Positions 44,986 through 53,152 of a stretch of 64,000 nucleotides of DNA are shown here, piece after piece. The DNA is from Promethearchaeota archaeon (lineage in GTDB: Archaea; Asgardarchaeota; Lokiarchaeia; Sigyniarchaeales; SOKP01). The notes beneath the pieces are model-generated. The model saw only the letters and a program-made list of their open reading frames with translations. It had not been told where the DNA came from and did no database searches. Positions within the stretch are counted from its first letter, which is position 1, and each line of letters starts with the position of its first letter. The stretch is from positions 1 through 64,000 of the forward strand of contig JAFGGO010000158.1 of the NCBI GenBank assembly GCA_016930515.1. Reading direction: 5' to 3'. The translations under genes and the position numbers were made by a program.

Positions 44986-46461
44986 ATGGCACGAAATTAT
45001 TTGTTAGGATTGAGACTCGTTAATGGAATCATATTTATAATCGTTTTATCAATATTTTTAAGCGTTTTTAATTACCTGGCGATTCTTTACACGGATACCG
45101 GAGAATTAGCCATAGTTGCATTTATATTTTCTATTAAAAACGTTTTAACTTATTTTATTTTTATCGTGATCTACGGTATCGGATATATGGTTTCTTTTGT
45201 CGTTACTTTTGGACAAGCTGAGTCGATAAGGGCGGTTCAATCGTTTTTTAGGACCCTTTTTAGTTCCTGGTTTAGTTTTTCCACACCAACGGGAGAAGCT
45301 CCTGAGTTGGAAAATATACTTGATGAGGTCTTGGAAGAATTACAGATCTTTCTTTCAGATGCCTACTTGATCATCTTTCAAGTCTGCTTCATCATTGCCA
45401 TTATTTATGCGATCAGGGCAATTTACAAGAGCAATCCGAAGTACAACCTCAGGTCGATTGGTGGTTTGATGTTAATGATTATCATCCCAATAATGGTATT
45501 TGGATTTAAAGACATGATGGCGCTATTTGGTTTCCCAATAGAACTCCTTGTCCCTCAACTCGCAGATTTACCCAATCCTGTAAGTTCTAGCGTTAATGAA
45601 CTTCCTATTGACGATTTTTTCTTGTTTATTAGCAGTTCGATCTCTGGACTTGCCATATTCGCTTATATATATTTAGAGCTCGCCTTTCAAATTAATTATA
45701 CGGATTTGGTTACTAAACCTTCCCTCGAAAGAAGCGATCGTTTACAAGCTCAATTGAGATTGTTAAAAAAAGAGTCTACCCATGTGATCGCAAATGTTGA
45801 TAAAATAAAGGAAGAAGCAAAAAAAAGAAAGGAAGAATTAGAACTAAAAAAAGAATCGGTGGGGAAATTGTTTTCGAGCACGATTAGCTCTAGCTTTTCT
45901 TATGTTAAGGAAATGATAGAAAAGAAAAAACTCGAGGCTGAAGAAAAGAAGCTCGTCACCGCTGCCTCTAAGACCAGAAGATTGGGACGGTTTATTGAGC
46001 GTCTTTTTCAAGAAGACTCAGAAGCTGAGGACACAATTACTGCGAAATCGGCCGCCCCTAGGGCCATGCATCTTGCAAAATCGACTGTTATAAATTTTTC
46101 CATTCGTCTCATGCTTCTTATCATCATTAGCTTTATTATAATTCACCCGGAATGGTTCCTTTCGAATATCTTCCAGTTACCCCCTGCCATCAGTAAAAGC
46201 GTGGTGTTACAAGGTTCCCCCGAGGGGATTATCATTTTATTACTTCCGATTATTGTTGTAATTCCTGTAATTTCATTGGCAATCTCCTATTCGAAACATA
46301 GAAACCTCATGATTAGGCTAAGGCAAGAAGGAAAGATAAAACAAATACTCACGACAGTCGGGGATTATGTGAAAATTGAAGAGGAAGAAAAACCTGAAGA
46401 AGCAGAGAAAGAAAGCGCAGAGCCCTCGCTCACTCCAGAATCATCTCCTGAACCCTCGTGA
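44986..46461 (+). CDS. Polytopic membrane protein with cytoplasmic coiled coil
   Basis: ~7 hydrophobic segments, charged central coiled coil, acidic tail; 3 bp after the DUF58 gene. Confidence 0.7.
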   Translation: MARNYLLGLRLVNGIIFIIVLSIFLSVFNYLAILYTDTGELAIVAFIFSIKNVLTYFIFIVIYGIGYMVSFVVTFGQAESIRAVQSFFRTLFSSWFSFSTPTGEAPELENILDEVLEELQIFLSDAYLIIFQVCFIIAIIYAIRAIYKSNPKYNLRSIGGLMLMIIIPIMVFGFKDMMALFGFPIELLVPQLADLPNPVSSSVNELPIDDFFLFISSSISGLAIFAYIYLELAFQINYTDLVTKPSLERSDRLQAQLRLLKKESTHVIANVDKIKEEAKKRKEELELKKESVGKLFSSTISSSFSYVKEMIEKKKLEAEEKKLVTAASKTRRLGRFIERLFQEDSEAEDTITAKSAAPRAMHLAKSTVINFSIRLMLLIIISFIIIHPEWFLSNIFQLPPAISKSVVLQGSPEGIIILLLPIIVVIPVISLAISYSKHRNLMIRLRQEGKIKQILTTVGDYVKIEEEEKPEEAEKESAEPSLTPESSPEPS

Positions 46462-46467
46462 TTGTTA

Positions 46468-47418
46468 TTATAATTCTAAATCTAGCACGAATCTCGCTAG
46501 ATCTTCCTTTTTTTTCTGGTCCTTCATGATAGTATCAAAACAATGCGCTTGGATTCCTAAATTATCGATCTCTATTTTTCGATCGTAATCCTCGCTATCA
46601 ATAACGAAATGTGAAATTATATCTTGGTAATATTTGGCAACTCCAACACAAGACGCTTCGTGGCCTAAAGCTTCCATTAACTTATCTGCAGGGCCTTTTA
46701 AGGTAGCACCTTTAATTATTGGGCTTATTGCAATAACCTTTTTATGTGCATTTTTTAACGCTTCTTTAATACCCAAGACGCTTAAGATAGTCCCGATAGA
46801 AACAATCGGGTTTGAAGGACATATGATAATTCTTTCGGCGCTCTTAATATAATCGAATATTGCTTTTATGGGTCTTGCGTTCTTATTACCCCTAAATTCG
46901 ATCTTTATGACTCTTGGTTCACATCGCTCTTTTATGAAATATTCCTCAAAATGCATGGTACCAGAAGGCGTTTGAATGTAAGTTTGGAACTCCTCGTTAC
47001 ACATGGGAACAATTCGTGCTTTAATGCCTAGTTTTTGGGTAATAGCTTGTGTTGCTTCGTACTTGTTAAAACCTTTAGCGATTAAATCAGTGCGGAAAAT
47101 GTGGGTGGCTAGATCCTTATCCCCTGCGTTAAACCATCCAATTCCATAGTACTTACTCAGAATATTCAAGCAATTAAACGATTCGTCTTGAAATCCCCAT
47201 CCTTTTTGATCATCCACTACTCCCGCAAGCGTGTAGGTTATGATATCCAAGTCGGGACATATTTTTAAGCCGAATAAATCTATATCGTCCCCTGTATTTA
47301 CTACTATAGCAATATCCTCTTGGTCCACCACGCTGGCAATGCCCTTGACAAACTTTGCTGCCCCGACTCCTCCTGCTAACAATAAATATTTTGTACGATT
47401 GATGATATTTCCCCTCAA
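46468..47418 (-). CDS. cofD: 2-phospho-L-lactate/PEP transferase (F420 biosynthesis)
   Basis: LAGGVGAAKF, NTGDD, PDLD, GDKDLATH, HFEEYF, PSNPIVSIGTIL, KGPADKLM. Confidence 0.95.
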   Translation of the reverse strand: MRGNIINRTKYLLLAGGVGAAKFVKGIASVVDQEDIAIVVNTGDDIDLFGLKICPDLDIITYTLAGVVDDQKGWGFQDESFNCLNILSKYYGIGWFNAGDKDLATHIFRTDLIAKGFNKYEATQAITQKLGIKARIVPMCNEEFQTYIQTPSGTMHFEEYFIKERCEPRVIKIEFRGNKNARPIKAIFDYIKSAERIIICPSNPIVSIGTILSVLGIKEALKNAHKKVIAISPIIKGATLKGPADKLMEALGHEASCVGVAKYYQDIISHFVIDSEDYDRKIEIDNLGIQAHCFDTIMKDQKKKEDLARFVLDLEL

Positions 47419-48830
47419 TAAAAATCCTTTGGACTAAACATTATTTCTGATAATCCTTTTCGGTTTGGAATTATTGGTTCCTTGGTTCCCCGCCCTATAG
47501 TGAGGAAAGCAAGGGGTTCGAAAGAATTGGGCAGATTTAACGCTTTTTTTACAACTTCTTTTGCAAAAAGTGGCGCACAATACCAACAAGCAGCCAATTT
47601 TTTAGATTCCAAGGCAAGAAGCAGGCACATGATGGAAGCACTAACACTTTGCACTCCTAAAATATATTCGCTTTCTCTTCTCTTATCGTCGCCATACTTC
47701 TCTAAATCGGTAGTATCCAGGCATGCGAGCATTAAATAGGGAGCATCTATGAATTTCCTTCGGGTTTTATTTTTCTTTTTCGTGATGAATTCAATAGTTC
47801 TTCCATCACGTAATAAATCATTTTTAAGCTCTTGGTTCATTTTTTCAATTAAATTATTTCTAAGATCGCCTTTTTCAAGTAAGAAATACCTCCAAAACTG
47901 TCCGTTATGGGCGCTAGGTGCCAAGGTCGCCAGTTTCACGCATTCCTTGATGATTTGAGCGTCTAATTCCTCGTCGTTGAATTTTAATTTATAGCTTCTC
48001 CGATTTTTCAGTACCATTTCAAAATCGTATGGTGATTTATCGATTCGAAACAAGTCTGCTTTTTTATCTCGTAAGATCGTCTTGATTGAGGCGTTTTTTT
48101 CAAACGAAAAATTATATCCCCTTATGATAACGACTGGTTGTCCCTCGTTCGCTTCCCCCATCACGAGTTGCGCCGCAGATGCTAAATTATCCGCTTGTCC
48201 AACTATGGTGCTTTCTAATATATGACCAAATAAATCGCAGTATCCCCTTTGATCCTTTTCAGGGCGAATACCAAATATCCCTAGTGCAACTCCCACGGCT
48301 CCAACCCTAAAAGGACGACCGAATGAGTCCGTAATGATCACAGCCACCTCCTTGTTGGTTGCTTTTTTCAGCGATTGGGCAATTGTCTTGGCATCTTCGT
48401 CAGGATTTTCGGGAAGAAGGGCTATATTACCCTCGCCCTCCACATTAGATTTATCGATTCCTGCGTTGGCACATACGAAACCGTGTCTTGTTTCGGTAAT
48501 GAGCACATGCTCGATTTTGAGGAGTTCTTTTGATTCATCCAATATGGCTTGAATGTGCTCCGGAGTTTTTAAAGGCAGGTTTTTTGCTTGAGTTTTTTGT
48601 TTCATTAAACGATAAATATTGCGCGCTTCTGTGGTTGGTACGATTTCCTTGAGGTTGCGAATCCTTCCATTGCTTTTAGAAACAATAGTTTGGGCGATTA
48701 TCACGATATCACCGTCTTCTAAACAAATTTTATTCTTTTGAACGCATGTTAAAATTTGACTTGAAATGTTGTCTCCAGGATTAACAAGAGGAAAACCCTT
48801 TAAACTCAAGATTTCAATTTTTTCGTTCAT
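47415..48830 (-). CDS. cofE: F420:gamma-glutamyl ligase CofE fused to a nitroreductase domain (FbiB architecture)
   Basis: CANAGIDKSN, LLPENPD, DSFGRPFRVG, MGEANEGQP; C-terminal RRSY...APSAHNGQFW...ACWYCAPLF. Confidence 0.92.
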   Translation of the reverse strand: MNEKIEILSLKGFPLVNPGDNISSQILTCVQKNKICLEDGDIVIIAQTIVSKSNGRIRNLKEIVPTTEARNIYRLMKQKTQAKNLPLKTPEHIQAILDESKELLKIEHVLITETRHGFVCANAGIDKSNVEGEGNIALLPENPDEDAKTIAQSLKKATNKEVAVIITDSFGRPFRVGAVGVALGIFGIRPEKDQRGYCDLFGHILESTIVGQADNLASAAQLVMGEANEGQPVVIIRGYNFSFEKNASIKTILRDKKADLFRIDKSPYDFEMVLKNRRSYKLKFNDEELDAQIIKECVKLATLAPSAHNGQFWRYFLLEKGDLRNNLIEKMNQELKNDLLRDGRTIEFITKKKNKTRRKFIDAPYLMLACLDTTDLEKYGDDKRRESEYILGVQSVSASIMCLLLALESKKLAACWYCAPLFAKEVVKKALNLPNSFEPLAFLTIGRGTKEPIIPNRKGLSEIMFSPKDFY

Positions 48831-48841
48831 GAATAATGACC

Positions 48842-49921
48842 CTATTTTTTTTTAAATTTTTTTAACATTTTAAGATAACCCTTAATGTCTGAATCTCGAC
48901 TTCCTGCAAATTTCTCGTAGACCGTAGGAATGGCGCAACAAGCAGAATAGAATTCGAACTCCACGCGTGGATCTAACTTTTTTAACCATTCTAAGCTGTC
49001 TCTCGACGGTATTTCAAGTCGATTGATCCCTGCCCTTATGGCTAATTTCTCGATATCACCCTTAAGGGCTCCTCTTGGTCTCATACACCCGAGCGAGATC
49101 TCTGTATCAGGAAAAGCAAACCTGATAATTGCAATAATCTTGGCTAGATCAACCGGATCGGGGATTTTAAAGGTTTCTTTCCCGTGTTTTGGTGGAATTA
49201 GTGCTATTAAAACTATTAACGACGGTTTCAATTTGGATTCTTTAATGAATTTGATCGCTTCAAGTTCTTTATGCAATTTTCCGTAATAGAGTCCAACGCA
49301 AATATGAGGTACGACATTTAATCCTTTTTTTTTCATTAAGGTGATCGATTTTTTGTAATCTTCTGGAGTTTTAGTTTTTAGCCGATAGATATCACTAATA
49401 ATATTTTGATCCATTGTAATATCAAACGAGATGATGTCAACTCCCGCGTTAACAAGAGCATTTGCGGTGGTCTCGGTAAGAAGACCTGTATGGGCATTTA
49501 TGATCAGGTTTGTATTTTTTTTTATTTTTTTGATAGTATCTAAATATTCTAACAATGGAACTGCACCTTCAGAATCACATCCCCCCGAAATTAAAGCACC
49601 CGTCCCTCCTTCTGTGGCAACTCTTAATAAAAATTCTTCCAGGACCTCGTTTTGAACGATAGGTGTCATTCCATTAAGATATTTTTTATCGCAATGCAGG
49701 CATTCTAAGGCGCATTCAGCTCCAGTAAGACTTATCGAAGGAAATCTCTTGCTTGGAATGTAAATTTTAAGCTTATTTCCAAAAATTTGGATCGTTCTTT
49801 CGCGCGCAAGTTCTAAAAATTGATTTAGCTCTTCAGAGTTGAGATGAAGAAATTCTTCGTAATCCTTCCATGAGGCTTTTTGTAATTGTATCTTTTCTAA
49901 TAAGTTTGATGTTTTATTCAT
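48842..49921 (-). CDS. lipS1: Radical SAM lipoyl synthase component LipS1
   Basis: CALECLHC (CX3CX2C), LGCMRP and SACC motifs; adjacent to a lipoate ligase. Confidence 0.8.
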   Translation of the reverse strand: MNKTSNLLEKIQLQKASWKDYEEFLHLNSEELNQFLELARERTIQIFGNKLKIYIPSKRFPSISLTGAECALECLHCDKKYLNGMTPIVQNEVLEEFLLRVATEGGTGALISGGCDSEGAVPLLEYLDTIKKIKKNTNLIINAHTGLLTETTANALVNAGVDIISFDITMDQNIISDIYRLKTKTPEDYKKSITLMKKKGLNVVPHICVGLYYGKLHKELEAIKFIKESKLKPSLIVLIALIPPKHGKETFKIPDPVDLAKIIAIIRFAFPDTEISLGCMRPRGALKGDIEKLAIRAGINRLEIPSRDSLEWLKKLDPRVEFEFYSACCAIPTVYEKFAGSRDSDIKGYLKMLKKFKKK

Positions 49922-50693
49922 ATTTCGAAAGCCATTCTTTGTTTGAATATCGTTTTTTAACTAAATGATTGGCCATTTCTAATTCTTGGTCGGTAAAACT
50001 TCCTTCTTCGAGCCGAATCCCTAACGCAATCTCAAAACCTTTCTTCAGGGCAGAAACCATCCTCTCTTCATCGTATTCGGTAATGTAGTCTTTTATACCA
50101 ACGCATTTTGCGTATACAGACCTTACCATTCTCGTCTTACTAACTCCCTGAGGTGCCTTTAAAACGGAATACATGAGTTCGGGATCGAGATCCAATAATA
50201 TTGTTCCGTGCTGAAGCAAGTATCCTTTTTTTCTCACTTGTGCATTTCCCGAAATCTTCTTTCCGTCTAAGAACAACGCGGGACAATGGATGACGCCTTT
50301 TTCAGCGCTTAAACCGTATAGATGCAAGCCCGAAATAATTCCTTGAGTGATAATTTCAAATTGTTCAAGGGTTTTATTGGCCTTTAATTCTTTCAGAAAA
50401 ACTAATGGACAGGCAATAGAATATGTTATTTCCCTATCCTTGTCGTGAAATACGGCGCCCCCACCAGTGATTCGCCTTACCACATTAAAACCATTCTCAT
50501 TGGCTATATCAATGAAAACTTCGTCCGAAAGACTTTGATTTCTTCCAATGGTAATCGTCGATGGAAACCACTTGAAAAAGCGTAATGTGTTGGGTGATTG
50601 TCCAGATATTACGCTATTTAGAACTGCTTCGTCTAAAGCCATGTTCCAATAACCATTTCGGGATTCTAAAGGAATAAAACGCCAAATTTCCAT
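49914..50693 (-). CDS. Lipoate/octanoate-protein ligase catalytic domain (LplA/LipM family)
   Basis: NMALDEA, RRITGGGAVFHD, KKISGNAQ, LQHGT; no C-terminal accessory domain. Confidence 0.9.
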   Translation of the reverse strand: MEIWRFIPLESRNGYWNMALDEAVLNSVISGQSPNTLRFFKWFPSTITIGRNQSLSDEVFIDIANENGFNVVRRITGGGAVFHDKDREITYSIACPLVFLKELKANKTLEQFEIITQGIISGLHLYGLSAEKGVIHCPALFLDGKKISGNAQVRKKGYLLQHGTILLDLDPELMYSVLKAPQGVSKTRMVRSVYAKCVGIKDYITEYDEERMVSALKKGFEIALGIRLEEGSFTDQELEMANHLVKKRYSNKEWLSKYE

Positions 50694-50711
50694 TTTTACT
50701 TATTAAAGTAC

Positions 50712-51719
50712 TCAATTAATTGTGAATGGATGTAATAATTTATATATCTGGTCCTTTTCTTGGTTTGTAAGTTTTCTGGGATAATTAAAAAAGGGTCCTG
50801 AAGGTTTAGAAGTATAGTACGGACGATTACATCCAGGACACCCGGAAGTCATGAAAGCCACGCTCTCCTCGATTATCAATTTTAGTTCCACTTCCTTAAT
50901 TTTTATGCTTTTAAGTGTTCCATATTCGTCAAAAATAAAATCTCGGATTGATTTAATATCGTTCACTATTAAATACCTTCCCAACTGAATTTTTCTAAAA
51001 CTTAATATATCTGGTTGAGATCTATTTTCTAATTTGGTACCCTTAATAGGCGTGAAAGCGAATAAGGATACGAGAATTGATTTATCGTGCAAAACCTTTA
51101 TTAATCTCAAAATCTCTTCTTCAGATTCTCCCAAACCAACGATCAAGTGGGTGCTTACATGTCCTTTAGGAAAGATTTCCAATGCATTGTCCAAAGCATT
51201 CAAATGAGTGTCCCAAGCATACGGACCATTGTTTTTTCTACCTTTAATTTCTTCAAATATGGCGGGAGTGGAACCGTCTAAAGCGATTCCAATTCTATCA
51301 ACACCACCATCTTTAAGTTGCTGCATTTTTTCCTTATCTATAGGTGGGATTGCAACTGATATGGGTCCTGAAAAACCTTTCTTGAGTTTCCTTATAATTT
51401 CAATTACATCGTTAAAATTTTGGGGGTAATTGAGCGTTTGAACGCATGCTCTTTTAAAATTTCTTTCAGAAGGTAATTCTTTGAATTTTTCAACTACTTC
51501 ATCCATTGAATACGCAGGCCACGATATTCTCGATAATTTCTCTGTCGAGCTGTCTGAATTCCTTGATTGTGGACAAAAACCACAATTTGCACTACAACGA
51601 CCGATGATAAAGGTCATTAAATAACATGTAGTGGGCAATTCCTTGAAATTTTTATGATTTTCGAGACCTAAAACGGAGGCGCTTCCAACCGACACCCTAA
51701 TTTTCCCAGAGGTCATCAA
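50712..51719 (-). CDS. lipS2: Radical SAM lipoyl synthase component LipS2
   Basis: CSANCGFC, LSRISWP, HLIVGLGE, TSGCPGCNRP. Confidence 0.82.
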   Translation of the reverse strand: MMTSGKIRVSVGSASVLGLENHKNFKELPTTCYLMTFIIGRCSANCGFCPQSRNSDSSTEKLSRISWPAYSMDEVVEKFKELPSERNFKRACVQTLNYPQNFNDVIEIIRKLKKGFSGPISVAIPPIDKEKMQQLKDGGVDRIGIALDGSTPAIFEEIKGRKNNGPYAWDTHLNALDNALEIFPKGHVSTHLIVGLGESEEEILRLIKVLHDKSILVSLFAFTPIKGTKLENRSQPDILSFRKIQLGRYLIVNDIKSIRDFIFDEYGTLKSIKIKEVELKLIIEESVAFMTSGCPGCNRPYYTSKPSGPFFNYPRKLTNQEKDQIYKLLHPFTIN

Positions 51720-51776
51720 TATCTTCTATCTTTGAATTAAGATAAGTTTTTTTCTTAAACAACATGATTACAAGGT

Positions 51777-52874
51777 ATGAATGTGATATTTGTTGTCAAC
51801 TTCAATATTTACAAAAAAATTACGAAGATAAAAAATATTGGAGGAATTGAAACCAATACCAACGATGTCATTAGTGAACTCCTTCAAAGAGGTCATCGCG
51901 TTTGGGTGCCAGAGAGAAATCCTCAAGAGCCAGAATGGGTAAAAAAAGGAGAAGTAGATGTTGTTGCCGCGTCCACTTTCGATCCACTAACGTATCTCCA
52001 AGTGGGTAAATATAAAAAAAGGTTTAAACATCGGGCAGCTCTTGTGAGGCACGCTCATACTACGGTTGAGGACATGGTTGGAAACCTCCTTCCTGATAAG
52101 CCCATCTTTAATAAAATCCTTGAACTCTGGTTGAGAATACAATATGGTCCTGCACACTTGTTAATAACTCCGAGTAATTATTCCCGTCAATGTCTGCTCG
52201 GCATGCAGAAATCGTTAACTTATCCCATCCATGTCGTGAGTAACGGAATAAGAATCGAGAATTTTAAGGAAGAAAATGCACTGCGTCAAAATTTCAGGCG
52301 TTTTCTCAACGAAAAGTTCAAAGTACCTCCAGAATCAACCATAATACTCAATGTTGGGCTTAGTTGGAAGAAAAAAGGAGTGGATACCTTTTCAGAGATT
52401 GCACGTGCTTTTCCCGATTACTATTTTGTATGGGTTGGACCCATTAACAAGAATCCCGATATTGAAGAGGCCTTAAAACTTAAAAACGTTATATTTACGG
52501 GATTTTACGACGACATTCGGGAACCTTATTATGGTGCGGATGTGTTTTTAAACACTTCTAGGGTGGAAAACCAGGGCATTCCCTTGATTGAAGCTGCCAT
52601 ATGTAAGCTCCCCATCGTGGCTAAAGACTTACCGGCATACGATTGGGTCGAAAATGACGTGAGTTGTTTAAAAGCAAATGAAACGAATGAATTTATCGAA
52701 GCCATCGAGAAAATTACGAGTAACGAACAATTAAGAGTCAAAATCGCCAATAAGGCCCGTGAAATTGCGCTTGAAATCCACGATTTCAAGAAAATAGGAC
52801 AAAAAGTTGAAGATCTATATAAAAAAGCCATTAGAATAAAAAAAATTCACGATAAACTCCGAGCACGAGTGTAA
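51777..52874 (+). CDS. GT4-family glycosyltransferase
   Basis: HAHTTVED, SNGI, KKGVDTF, ENQGIPLIEA (EX7E). Confidence 0.88.
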   Translation: MNVIFVVNFNIYKKITKIKNIGGIETNTNDVISELLQRGHRVWVPERNPQEPEWVKKGEVDVVAASTFDPLTYLQVGKYKKRFKHRAALVRHAHTTVEDMVGNLLPDKPIFNKILELWLRIQYGPAHLLITPSNYSRQCLLGMQKSLTYPIHVVSNGIRIENFKEENALRQNFRRFLNEKFKVPPESTIILNVGLSWKKKGVDTFSEIARAFPDYYFVWVGPINKNPDIEEALKLKNVIFTGFYDDIREPYYGADVFLNTSRVENQGIPLIEAAICKLPIVAKDLPAYDWVENDVSCLKANETNEFIEAIEKITSNEQLRVKIANKAREIALEIHDFKKIGQKVEDLYKKAIRIKKIHDKLRARV

Positions 52875-53152
52875 TTTAATATGAAAACTGACATACACAT
52901 CCAAGGAAAACTTTAAAACTCGCTCTTTCCTTTTTAAATAATATCGTGCTTGTTAAAAATAACGTGTATTTAGGTTTCTACTTGATTTATTTGTTATATT
53001 TAATATAAAGCGTGATAATGATCCTTTTTCTTTTCAAGCTCTTGAGAAAGAAAAGCTTAGAAGAACTTAATTGAAAAAGATCATTTTAATGAATCAAGAT
53101 ACGAAACGATGAAAAATTCGGAAACAATAATCATTTGAAAAGGTTTCGCGAT

